From Actinomycetota bacterium (GTDB lineage Bacteria; Actinomycetota; Thermoleophilia; Gaiellales; Gaiellaceae), in assembly GCA_039648875.1 (NCBI GenBank), contig JBBWZD010000131.1:23570-87569 (forward strand): a stretch of DNA of 64,000 bases, given 5' to 3'. The position numbers and the translations under genes were made by a program. The notes below the pieces were generated by a model. That model was not told where the DNA came from and searched no databases. It saw only the letters and a list, made by a program, of their open reading frames with translations. This document shows, one piece after another, positions 26,576 to 35,254 of this stretch (position 1 is the stretch's first letter; each line of letters begins with the position of its first letter).

Positions 26576-27447
26576 CACGCGACCGCGTCGGCGATCACGG
26601 AGGCCGCGAAGGCGACGCTGATCACGCCGTTCATCGTGAAGAACGCGGCGTCGAGGCGGCGCAGGTCGTGGGGGCGGACGAGCGAATGCTCGTAGAGGAG
26701 CAGGGCGGCCACGACGGCGACTCCGGCCCAGTAGAGCCCGCCGACGGGGAGCCCGAGGCCCGCGCCGACGAGACAGCCGACGGTCGCCGCGTGCGCGAGC
26801 CGCGCGCCGGCGAAAGCGCCGCGGACGCCGAAGCGCGTCGCGATCGAGTGCAGCCCCTGCGCCCGGTCGACGTCGAGGTCGAAGAGCGCGTAGAAGCAGT
26901 CGAAGCCGGCGACCCAGAGCGCGACGGCGACGCCGAGCAGCCACGCCTCCCACGGCAGGTGATTCGTGATCGCGACCCAGGCGCCGACCGGCGCAAGACC
27001 GTCCACCGCCCCCAGCCACAGGTGACAGAGCCATGTCCAGCGCTTGAGGTACGGGTAGACGACGAAGCCCGCGACGGGGATCGGCCAGAGCAGGTGCGTC
27101 AGCGGCGCGAGCTGCCAGACCGAGACGAGGAAGAGCGCGAGCGAGGCCGTGCAGAAGGCGGCGACGTGCGCGAGCGTGAGCTGCCCACTCGGCAGCTCCC
27201 GACCCGCGGTGCGCGGATTGCGGGCGTCGATGCCGGCGTCGACGAGCCGGTTGAGCGCCATCGCCAGCGAGCGGGCGCCGACCATCGCCAGGGTGATCCA
27301 GAGCAGGTCGTGTGCCGGCGGCGCGCCGGCGACCGCGAGGAAGGCGCCGACGTACGCGAACGGCAGCGCGAAGACGGTGTGCTCGATCTTCACGAGCCGC
27401 GCGAAGCGCGCCGGCAGCGGCGCCAGCGTGGGGGCGGACGCGGTCAA
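26575..27447 (-). CDS. UbiA-family aromatic prenyltransferase (4-hydroxybenzoate polyprenyltransferase-like / MqnP-like)
   Basis: [23 protein letters not shown] (first Asp-rich motif) and the second motif [13 protein letters not shown]. Polytopic. Confidence 0.75.
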   Translation of the reverse strand: MTASAPTLAPLPARFARLVKIEHTVFALPFAYVGAFLAVAGAPPAHDLLWITLAMVGARSLAMALNRLVDAGIDARNPRTAGRELPSGQLTLAHVAAFCTASLALFLVSVWQLAPLTHLLWPIPVAGFVVYPYLKRWTWLCHLWLGAVDGLAPVGAWVAITNHLPWEAWLLGVAVALWVAGFDCFYALFDLDVDRAQGLHSIATRFGVRGAFAGARLAHAATVGCLVGAGLGLPVGGLYWAGVAVVAALLLYEHSLVRPHDLRRLDAAFFTMNGVISVAFAASVIADAVA

Positions 27448-27486
27448 CGACGGGATGCTACGCGGCAGGCTCCGGCGGTACGGCCC

Positions 27487-27969
27487 TCACGTCTGCCGAT
27501 GCGTCACCTCCCGCTCGCCGGCGAGCAGCTCGAGCGCGTGCGCGAGCGCGGGGCGCAGGACGGCGAAGCCGTCGCGGCAGCCGCCCGGCGAGCCGGGAAG
27601 GTTCACGACGAGGGTCGCCCCCACGACGCCGGCGACGCCTCGCGTCAGCAGGCCGTGCGGCGTCTTTGCGATCGAGTCGGCGCGCAGGGCCTCCGCGATC
27701 CCCGCCGCCTCCCGCTCGAGCACGTCGCGCGTCGCCTCGGGCGTCACGTCGCGCGGAGCGAGGCCGGTGCCGCCCGTCGTCAGCACGAGCCGGGTCGTCC
27801 CGGCGAGCTCGCGCAGCGCCGCCGCGATCTGCTCGCGCTCGTCGGGGACGACGCGCCGCTCGACCTCGAAGCCCTCGCCCTGCAGCAGCTTCGCGAGCAC
27901 GTCTCCGCTCCGGTCGCCGGCCTCGCCGCGCGACACGCGATCCGACACCGTCAGGACGCCCGCCCTCAG
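27487..27969 (-). CDS. mog: MogA/MoaB-type molybdopterin adenylyltransferase domain protein
   Basis: [34 protein letters not shown]. There is no canonical start before the conserved N-terminus. CTG 27969 (CTGA overlap with the moaC stop) or the internal GTG 27948 are the candidates. Confidence 0.7.
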   Translation of the reverse strand: MRAGVLTVSDRVSRGEAGDRSGDVLAKLLQGEGFEVERRVVPDEREQIAAALRELAGTTRLVLTTGGTGLAPRDVTPEATRDVLEREAAGIAEALRADSIAKTPHGLLTRGVAGVVGATLVVNLPGSPGGCRDGFAVLRPALAHALELLAGEREVTHRQT

Positions 27970-28415
27970 GTCACGACCTCCTTCGTCTTCTCGACGAGCC
28001 GCACCTCGGCGACGCTCATCCCCTTGTCGACGGCCTTCGCCATGTCGTACACCGTCAGCGCGGCGACGGAGGCGGCGGTGAGCGCCTCCATCTCGACCCC
28101 GGTCTGCGCCGTGGTCTCGGCGACGGCCACGATCTCCACGGCGTCCTCGCCGACCTCGAGCGTGACGCCGACGTGCGTGAGCGGCAGCGGGTGGCACAGC
28201 GGGATCAGCTCACTGGTGCGCTTGGCGGCCATGATGCCCGCGACCTGCGCGGTCGCGAGCGCGTCGCCCTTCGGCAGCTCGCGCAGGCGGAGCGCGGTCT
28301 CCGGGGCCATCCGCAGGCGAGCCGCTGCGACGGCGCGCCGGCGCGAGAGCGGCTTCGCGCCCACGTCCACCATCCGGACCGAGCCGGCTTCGTCGACGTG
28401 CGAGAGGTCGCTCAC
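27966..28415 (-). CDS. moaC: Cyclic pyranopterin monophosphate synthase MoaC
   Basis: [33 protein letters not shown]. Confidence 0.9.
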   Translation of the reverse strand: MSDLSHVDEAGSVRMVDVGAKPLSRRRAVAAARLRMAPETALRLRELPKGDALATAQVAGIMAAKRTSELIPLCHPLPLTHVGVTLEVGEDAVEIVAVAETTAQTGVEMEALTAASVAALTVYDMAKAVDKGMSVAEVRLVEKTKEVVT

Positions 28416-28439
28416 GCGCCGGATCGTACGTGCCGGCAG

Positions 28440-29912
28440 CTACGCGGAGACGCGGGGCGCGACGTGGTCGAGGTCGGCGAGCTGGGCGGCGATCCACTCG
28501 CCGAGGTCGTGCTCCCGCACGTGCCCGCGAATCCCCTCGAGGCGGGCGCGCCGCTCCTCGACCGGCATCGCGAGGGCCTCCGCGATCGCCTGGGCCTGCC
28601 CGTACACGTCGAATGGGTTCACCGTCAACGCCCACTCCCCGAGCTCCTGGTGCGCACCGGTGTTCTCCGAGAGCACGAGCACCCCGTCGCGCTCGTTCAC
28701 CAGCGGCGCCTCCTTCGAGACGAGGTTGAGCCCGTCGAACACGGCGTTCACGAGCAGCACGTCGTACTGCTTGTACGCCGCGACCGACTGCGCGAAGTTG
28801 TCGGCGATCTGCAGGTCGATCGGCGCCCACCCGTCGTGCTGGAAGCGGTCGTTGACCGCGCGCGCCTCGCGCTGCACCGCCGCCAGGTACTCGGAGTACT
28901 CCGGGACGTCCTGTCGGGACGGGTCGAGCAGTGCGAGCATCGTGACGCGGCCGTGCAGCTCCGGGTGCGAGTCGAGGAAGAGCGCGAAGGCGCGGAAGCC
29001 GCGCACGACGTTCTTCGACGGATCGGTGCGGTCGACCCGCACCACGAGGAAGTCCGGACGGCGCGACGCGATCAACCGCTCCTGCTCCAGCACCTGGGCG
29101 TCGTCCTTGAGGTCGTCGAACTCGCCCGAGTCGACGCCGATCGGGTGGCTCGTCACGAGCGTGCGGCGGCCGTCGTACGCGACGGTCGAGCTGCCGTAGT
29201 CGACGTCCGCGCAGAGCATGTCCTCGCAAGTCCGCAGGAAGTTCCGCCTCCAGCGCTCGCAGTGGAAGCCGACGATGTCGTTGGCCAGCAGACCCTCGTG
29301 CACCTCGCGCCGGAGGTGCTCGGGCAGCACGTGCCAGTAGTCGGTCTGCGGCCACGGGATGTGCACGAAGTGCGCCGTGAGCGCGTCGGCGCGGCGCGCC
29401 CGCACGAGCTTCGGCGCGAGGTACAGGTGGTAGTCGTGGAAGAAGACTGCTGCCTCCGGCTCGCGCTCGAGCTCCGCGAGCGTCGCCTCGGCCATCGCGT
29501 CGTTCACCGGCAGGTAGCCGTTGAACCAGGCGTTGTGCAGGCCCAGGTCGATGTCCGGGGCGTACGGCAGGCCCCACAGGTAGTGCTGGAGGAACCACAG
29601 CGTCGGATTTGCGACGACGTTGTAGTACCAGTCGTATGCAGACGGGTCGTGCGCGACCATGCGGACCCGGTAGGGGGAGCCGTCCCGGGCGGTCTCGGGG
29701 AACGCCGCACCGCCGTGCTCGGCCGCGACCGCGCGATCCTCGTCGGTCATCGCGCTCGCGATCCAGGTGACGTCGTGATGCGCGACGAGGCTGCGGAGGG
29801 CGGTGACCAGGCCGCCGCCGCCGCGCCGGGCGACCCGCTCGCCGCCCGCGGCGCGGCCGTACGAGACCGGTCCGCGGTTCGAGACCACGAGCAGCCTGCG
29901 CCGTTCCTCCAC
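28440..29912 (-). CDS. otsA: Trehalose-6-phosphate synthase (GT20)
   Basis: [55 protein letters not shown]. Confidence 0.9.
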   Translation of the reverse strand: MEERRRLLVVSNRGPVSYGRAAGGERVARRGGGGLVTALRSLVAHHDVTWIASAMTDEDRAVAAEHGGAAFPETARDGSPYRVRMVAHDPSAYDWYYNVVANPTLWFLQHYLWGLPYAPDIDLGLHNAWFNGYLPVNDAMAEATLAELEREPEAAVFFHDYHLYLAPKLVRARRADALTAHFVHIPWPQTDYWHVLPEHLRREVHEGLLANDIVGFHCERWRRNFLRTCEDMLCADVDYGSSTVAYDGRRTLVTSHPIGVDSGEFDDLKDDAQVLEQERLIASRRPDFLVVRVDRTDPSKNVVRGFRAFALFLDSHPELHGRVTMLALLDPSRQDVPEYSEYLAAVQREARAVNDRFQHDGWAPIDLQIADNFAQSVAAYKQYDVLLVNAVFDGLNLVSKEAPLVNERDGVLVLSENTGAHQELGEWALTVNPFDVYGQAQAIAEALAMPVEERRARLEGIRGHVREHDLGEWIAAQLADLDHVAPRVSA

Positions 29913-29945
29913 GGACGCAACCTATCCCGCGCCGGGCGCGGAAAA

Positions 29946-31223
29946 CTAGGCGGCCACGACGTCGAGGTCGGCGCCGAGGGTGTCGTAGCCGAGCAGGACG
30001 TTGAAGAGGGCGAGCCGGTCGCGCAGCAGGCGCGGCGTCAGGAAGTGGCGCCGCACGTGCTCCTTGCCCACCAGGGCCCGCGCTCGGGCGGCACCCGGAT
30101 CGGCGAGCACCTCGAGGCACGCGGCGGCGCAGTCCTCCGGCGAGTCGACGAGCCACCCGCTGCGGCCGTCGTCGATCTGCGTCACGATGCCGCCGACGTT
30201 GCCGGCAATCGTCGGCCGCCCCTTCCAGAGCGCCTCCGACACCGTCAGGCCGAACCCCTCGCGAATCGACTTCTGGATCACGGCCGCCGAGTGCACCTGG
30301 AACGCGTTCACCTCCACCGAGCCCACGTTGTTGAGGTTCGAGAGGATGAAGATGCCGGGGTCGCCGTCGGCGTAGGCGACCGTCCGGTTCCAGAAGTCCC
30401 ACCCCTCCGGGTCGTCGTGCGCCATGGAGCCGACCAGCGCGAGCTGGACGTCGGGCCGCTGCTCCCTGACCAGCCGGTAGGCGTCGATCACCCCGAGCGG
30501 GTCCTTCCACGGGTCGAAGCGCGACACCTGCGTCAGCAGCGGTCGTCGGACGTCGATGCCGAACTGGTCGACGATGTACGCCGCGTCCTCCGGTGAGAGC
30601 GCCATGTTCTTCGGCGCGAGCGGGTCGATCGCCGGCGGCCAGATCACGCACGGCGGCAAGCCCGCGGTCCGGGGCACGTAGCCCGGGAGATGGAAGATCG
30701 CGGCGTCGTAGCGACGCAGCGACGGCAGCAGGAACTCGAGCACCTCCGGGTTGGGCGCCGAGAAGTCGATGTGCCCCCGCCAGACCCACTTCGTGTGCCC
30801 GCCGCCGAGGTGGTCGATCAACCCGAGGGGCTGTGGGTCGTGCACGAAGACGAAGTCGTAGTCCTCGACGTCGATCTCGCGGGCGTTCAGCTCCTGGTAG
30901 CGGTGGAAGCATGCCGCCTGCTCGCGCGTCAGCCCCTGCGGATTCCCCTGCAGCGCGTTGTGGATCGTCTTCGTGGCGTCGAAGAAGTCCTCGCCGCCGC
31001 CGAGGATCCGCCACTCCACGTCGAGGCCCGCGTCCTGCATCAGCGGCACGAGCGTGTACTGGATCTCCGCGACCCCGCCGCCGAAGGCGGTGGCCGAGAG
31101 CTCGAGCACCCGCTTGCCGGCGAGGGGCTCGGCCAGGCGCCGAATCTCGTCCATGAGGCCGCGGGTCGCGATGGTCGCGTAGTCCGCGAGGGACTTGTGG
31201 CCGACGTTGACGAGCTGGAGCAT
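29946..31223 (-). CDS. treT: Trehalose glycosyltransferring synthase TreT (GT4)
   Basis: Near-colinear motif match to archaeal TreT: SATAFGGGVAEI, FFDATKTIHNALQG, VHDPQP, WRGHIDFSAPN, FHLPGYV, TQVSRFDPWKDP, MAHDDPEGW, EVNAFQ, SIREGFGLTVSEALWKG. Confidence 0.85.
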   Translation of the reverse strand: MLQLVNVGHKSLADYATIATRGLMDEIRRLAEPLAGKRVLELSATAFGGGVAEIQYTLVPLMQDAGLDVEWRILGGGEDFFDATKTIHNALQGNPQGLTREQAACFHRYQELNAREIDVEDYDFVFVHDPQPLGLIDHLGGGHTKWVWRGHIDFSAPNPEVLEFLLPSLRRYDAAIFHLPGYVPRTAGLPPCVIWPPAIDPLAPKNMALSPEDAAYIVDQFGIDVRRPLLTQVSRFDPWKDPLGVIDAYRLVREQRPDVQLALVGSMAHDDPEGWDFWNRTVAYADGDPGIFILSNLNNVGSVEVNAFQVHSAAVIQKSIREGFGLTVSEALWKGRPTIAGNVGGIVTQIDDGRSGWLVDSPEDCAAACLEVLADPGAARARALVGKEHVRRHFLTPRLLRDRLALFNVLLGYDTLGADLDVVAA

Positions 31224-31276
31224 TTCGGGCTCCCCCGCTGCGCGACGCTACCGACCGCGTCGGCTGGAGCGCTTCG

Positions 31277-31738
31277 CTAGGCCAGGAGCTTGACGAAGCG
31301 CAGCCGCGAGCCGCGGGCCCCGGGCTGCGAGCGGATCTCGAACTCGTCGGCGATCGCCCTGATGATCGCGATGCCGAGCCCGCCCTCCGACAGCTCGTCA
31401 CCCTCGAATGCCGCCGCGTCGTCCGGGTCGAAGCCGGCGCCGTCGTCGACGACCTCGATCGCGAACCGGTCGGGCCGCAGCTCGTACGTGATCTCGACCT
31501 GGCCGCCGCCGCGGCCGGCGTAGGCGTGACGCACCGAGTTCGACACGGCCTCGGTAAGCGCGAGCTTGAGGTCGGCGATCGTCTCGGCGCCCATCGCGCT
31601 CACCTCCGCGAGGCCCGTGAGGGCGAGCCGGCACAGGCTGATGTACTCGGGCTTCGCGGGGATGCGAAGCTGGATGCAGCGGGCGCCGTCGTCGTCGGTG
31701 CCGGGTGTGCTCGGATCGCCTGTCGCAGACACGGCCAT
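31277..31738 (-). CDS. RsbW/SpoIIAB-like anti-sigma factor serine kinase (HATPase domain)
   Basis: LALTEAVSNSVRHAY (N-box), VVDDGAGF (G1), GGLGIAII (G2). 153 aa. Confidence 0.7.
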   Translation of the reverse strand: MAVSATGDPSTPGTDDDGARCIQLRIPAKPEYISLCRLALTGLAEVSAMGAETIADLKLALTEAVSNSVRHAYAGRGGGQVEITYELRPDRFAIEVVDDGAGFDPDDAAAFEGDELSEGGLGIAIIRAIADEFEIRSQPGARGSRLRFVKLLA

Positions 31739-31845
31739 TCGTCCTCTTCCTCTAGACCGGCGGCTGAACCTGCCGATTTCTACTGTACCTCTCGCCCTGC
31801 CGGGAGGTCTCTTCCCCGCGGGGGCGGGAACCTAACGGCGCCCGT

Positions 31846-33042
31846 CTACGGCTGCTTCGGGTTCAACGGGCGCGTGGCGAGACGGACGGCGATCGCCCGA
31901 CGCCGCCCGTCCCGCAGGATGGTGAACACGACCGTCTCGCCGGGCTTCAGCTGATTCGTGACAATTCGCACGAGATCGTCGCTCGTCCGCACGGGGATGC
32001 CGTCGAGCGCGAGCACGACGTCGCCGCCTGCGACGATCGTCTCGCCTTCGAACTGCGCCTGGTGCGAGCCGCCGTGGATGCCGGCGCGCGCCGCGGGCCC
32101 GCCGGGCGTCACGTGATCGACGAGTGCGCCGTGCGAGGAGCGGAGGCCGAAGTGCCGCGCCAGCGAAGGCGTCAGGTTCTCGGTCTGCACGCCGGCGTAC
32201 GCGTACGCGACGGGGTGGCCCGCGAGCAGCTCGCCGAGCGACCTGCGGGCAGCGTCGATCGGCACGGCGAAGCCGACTCCCGAGGAGCCTCCGGATTCGG
32301 TCCGGATCTGGGCGTTGATGCCGATCACGCGACCGCGCGCGTCGAGGAGCGGGCCGCCCGAGCTGCCGTGCGTGATCGGAGCGTCGGTCTGGATGGCGTC
32401 CACGAGCTGGAAGTGCGGGGCCGTCAGCGCGGCGATCGAGCGCCCGACGGCCGAGACGACGCCGACCGCGAGGGAGTCCTCGTTTCCGAGCGGGCTGCCG
32501 ATCGCCGCGACCGGAGCGCCCACCACCACCTGGGCGGAGCGGCCGAGCGGCAGCGGCACGACCCGGTGGGCCGACGTGTCGACGCGGAGCACGCCGACGT
32601 CGTCGAAGACGTCCCAGCCGACGACGGAGGCGGGCACCCGGTCATGGTCCTGGAACTCCACGTACACCTGCGACGCCGCCTTCACCACCGCTCCGGGGCC
32701 GGCCGCGCCGGCGTTCGTGATCACGTGCGAGTTCGTCAGGATCGTGCCCTTCGGCGAGACGACGAAGCCGGAGCCCTGGGCGCCGACGCCGCCGAAGTAG
32801 GCGAAGACGGTGACCACGCCGGGCGAGCGGTCGGCGAAGATCCGGGCAGGCGAGAAGCCGGAGGCGACCGCCGCGGGCGGCGCGGGGCTGAAGCGGGCGG
32901 CGGGCGCCGCCGTCGCGGCAGGCTGGCGCACGACGACCGTCTCGGTGGTCGAGCCGCCGACGAGGCCGCTGGCACGCCCGACCAGGAGCGCCGCCGCGGC
33001 CCCGAGCAGAGCGCAGAGCAGGGCGAGGAGGCCGGCGCGCAC
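31846..33042 (-). CDS. htrA: HtrA/DegP-family serine protease with one PDZ domain
   Basis: N-terminal TM, GSGFVVSPKGTILTNSHV, HGSSGGPLLD, and a C-terminal PDZ (GDVVLALDGIPV). Confidence 0.85.
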   Translation of the reverse strand: MRAGLLALLCALLGAAAALLVGRASGLVGGSTTETVVVRQPAATAAPAARFSPAPPAAVASGFSPARIFADRSPGVVTVFAYFGGVGAQGSGFVVSPKGTILTNSHVITNAGAAGPGAVVKAASQVYVEFQDHDRVPASVVGWDVFDDVGVLRVDTSAHRVVPLPLGRSAQVVVGAPVAAIGSPLGNEDSLAVGVVSAVGRSIAALTAPHFQLVDAIQTDAPITHGSSGGPLLDARGRVIGINAQIRTESGGSSGVGFAVPIDAARRSLGELLAGHPVAYAYAGVQTENLTPSLARHFGLRSSHGALVDHVTPGGPAARAGIHGGSHQAQFEGETIVAGGDVVLALDGIPVRTSDDLVRIVTNQLKPGETVVFTILRDGRRRAIAVRLATRPLNPKQP

Positions 33043-33090
33043 GCCGCCACTGTATCCGGGCGAACGGCGGCTCGATTTCCCGTGGAAACG

Positions 33091-34503
33091 CTACATGACG
33101 CCTGCGGGCTCGCGCTCGGGGACTGCCGCGGGCAGCTCGAGCGTGAACACGGTGCGCCCCGGCACCGAGTCGAGCCGCACCTCGCCGCCCATCCGCTGCG
33201 CCAGCTCCCGGGCGATGGCGAGCCCGAGCCCGGTACCGGAGCTGCGCCGACCCGCGAGACGCGTGAAGCGCGCGAACACCTGCTCCCGGTGCTCGTCCGG
33301 TATGCCGGGCCCTTCGTCCTCGACCGCGAGGGACGTGCCGCGGGCGACCACGCGCACCGGAGTGCCGGGCGGCGTGTGGCGGAGGGCGTTGTCCACCAGG
33401 ATCCGGCCGATCTGGAGCGCGCGCTCGCGGTCAGCCGTGACAGCGCCCTCGGCCTCGACCAGGGTCTCGAGCGGGTGCTCCAGCCGCAGAGCGACGGCCG
33501 CGAACTCCTCGCTCAGGCCGCCGGCGAGGCCGGCGACGTCGACCTGTTCCTGCACCAGCCGCAGGTGCCCCGCGTCGAGCCGCGAGAGGTCGAGCAGGTC
33601 GGTCGCCAGCTTCGCCAGCCGCTCGACCTGCTCGCTCATCGTGCCGAGGAACTCGCGGCGCGTCTCCTCGTCCAGATCCTCGTCCCGCAGGAGCTCCAGA
33701 AAGCCGCCGAGGGAGAAGATGGGCGTTCGCAGCTCGTGTGACGCATTCGCGATGAACGCGCGCCGCGCGTCGTCGAGCTGGGCGAGCTGCAGGCGCATGC
33801 GGTCGAATGCGGCCGCGAGCTCGCCGAGCTCGTCGCGGCCGCGATCGACGACCGGCTCGCCGAAGTCGCCCGCGGCGATGCGCTCCGCCGCGCGCTCGAG
33901 CCGCCGGATCCGCCGCGCGAACACGGTGGCCGCGCCGTAGCCGGCGAGCATCGCCAGGCCGAGCGCGGCCAGGCCCGCCCAGAGCAGGCGCGAGCGGACG
34001 AGCCCCACCTCCTCCAGCGTGCTGCGGAGCCGTGCCGAGAAGAGCAGGACGTTGCCCGACCGGTCTGCGACGGCCGCCTCCGCGAACGGCTCGCCTCCAT
34101 GCGAGACCCGCCCGGTCTGCACCGACAGCGAGGCGGCCGCACGAAGCGCGATGGGGTCGCTCTCCACTCCGGGGGCCTCGTAGGCGAAATGCGCCGAGTC
34201 GAACTGCGAGAAGAGCGCCGTCCCGCTCCCGCGGGCCACCGGCTCGAAGTAGACGACGCGCGCCTCTGCGCTTCGCGCGGCCTCGTCGATGAAGTCCTGG
34301 TCGATGCCGGTCTCCGCCGCCTCCCGACGCACCGCCTTGGCGGAATCGGCGAGCTGATGCAGCCTTCCGGCGACGAGACGCCGCTGCAGCGTCGGCACGA
34401 GGGCGATCCACACGACGGCGAGGGCGGCCGCAACCAGCAGCGCGATCACCACGCTCAGGCGCGTCGCCACGCGGCGCAGCGGGCTTTTCACGTGGAACGG
34501 CAT
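33091..34503 (-). CDS. Sensor histidine kinase (two TM, HAMP, HisKA, HATPase)
   Basis: H-box FIANASHELRTP, N-box DNALRHT, G-boxes EDEGPGI and GTGLGLAI. Confidence 0.85.
   Translation of the reverse strand: MPFHVKSPLRRVATRLSVVIALLVAAALAVVWIALVPTLQRRLVAGRLHQLADSAKAVRREAAETGIDQDFIDEAARSAEARVVYFEPVARGSGTALFSQFDSAHFAYEAPGVESDPIALRAAASLSVQTGRVSHGGEPFAEAAVADRSGNVLLFSARLRSTLEEVGLVRSRLLWAGLAALGLAMLAGYGAATVFARRIRRLERAAERIAAGDFGEPVVDRGRDELGELAAAFDRMRLQLAQLDDARRAFIANASHELRTPIFSLGGFLELLRDEDLDEETRREFLGTMSEQVERLAKLATDLLDLSRLDAGHLRLVQEQVDVAGLAGGLSEEFAAVALRLEHPLETLVEAEGAVTADRERALQIGRILVDNALRHTPPGTPVRVVARGTSLAVEDEGPGIPDEHREQVFARFTRLAGRRSSGTGLGLAIARELAQRMGGEVRLDSVPGRTVFTLELPAAVPEREPAGVM
34485..34498. other. 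parS-like palindrome TTTTCACGTGGAAC (rc GTTCCACGTGAAAA)
   Basis: 12 of 14 matches to the common GTTTCACGTGAAAC core. Lies inside the first codons of the kinase gene, about 18 kb from dnaA. Confidence 0.25.
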
Positions 34504-35195
34504 CAGCCCCGGAAGCGGTAGCCGACGCCGCGCACCGTCTGGACGAGCTCCGGCTCGCGCGGGTCCTGCTCGAGCTTCTCCCGCAGATGACGCACGTGGA
34601 CGTCGATCGTGCGGGGCTCCCGGTAGGCGTAGTCGCCCCAGAGGGCCTCGAGCAGCGCCTGCCGGCTGAAGACGCGGCCCGGCCTCGCCGCCAGCGTGCG
34701 CAGCAGCTCGAACTCGACGTACGTCAGCGCCACCGGCCGGCCGCGCACCTCGACCGTGCGCTTCGCCAGGTCGACCTCGAGCGACTCGGCCCGGATCACG
34801 TCCCGCCCCTCCGCCTGGGACGCGAGCGCCGCCCGCCGCAGCAGCGCGCGCACGCGGCTCCGGAACTCGCGGATCGAGAACGGCTTCGTGATGTAGTCGT
34901 CCGCGCCGACCTCGAGCCCGACGACCTTGTCCAGCTCGTCGTCGCGGGCGGTGAGCATGATGATGGGCACGGTGCTGTGCGTGCGCAGCCGCCGGCAGAC
35001 CTCCAGGCCGTCCACCTTCGGCAGCATCAGGTCGAGGACGACGAGGTCGACCTCCTCGGCGTCGAAACGGCTCAGCGCCTCCTCGCCGTCCCGGGCCTGG
35101 AGCACGCGGAAACCCTCGTGCTCGAGCGGGTACGTGAGGAGCCTCTGGACGGCGTCCTCGTCGTCCACCAGGAGGATCGTTGGGGATTCGTGCAT
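34503..35195 (-). CDS. OmpR/PhoB-family response regulator
   Basis: LLVDDE, VVLDLMLP, GADDYITKPF, and a winged-helix C-terminus (VRGVGYRF). Confidence 0.9.
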   Translation of the reverse strand: MHESPTILLVDDEDAVQRLLTYPLEHEGFRVLQARDGEEALSRFDAEEVDLVVLDLMLPKVDGLEVCRRLRTHSTVPIIMLTARDDELDKVVGLEVGADDYITKPFSIREFRSRVRALLRRAALASQAEGRDVIRAESLEVDLAKRTVEVRGRPVALTYVEFELLRTLAARPGRVFSRQALLEALWGDYAYREPRTIDVHVRHLREKLEQDPREPELVQTVRGVGYRFRG

Positions 35196-35240
35196 CGGTC
35201 GCTCGGCGAAGATGGACTGCCTGCCGCGTCCCCTCCGTCC

Positions 35241-35246
35241 TACTAT
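35241..35246 (+). promoter_or_regulatory. -10-like TACTAT, 9 nt before GTG 35255
   Basis: TANNNT motif and spacing only. Confidence 0.3.
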
Positions 35247-35254
35247 AGATCGCT

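Noticed and set aside
27312-30596. Very long ORFs in the track: 27312..30596 (+, 1094 aa), 34927..38328 (+, 1133 aa), 28210..31401 (-, 1063 aa), 5743..8310 (+, 855 aa), 58983..61631 (-, 882 aa), 56338..58434 (-), 51976..53871 (-), and others.
   Set aside because: Their translations are monotonous Arg/Ala/Pro/Gly/Asp strings, typical of off-frame or antisense reading of ~70% GC coding DNA. Each is fully covered by ORFs in another frame or strand with clear family motifs (otsA/treT, M28/moeA, gyrA/gyrB, dnaA, and so on).
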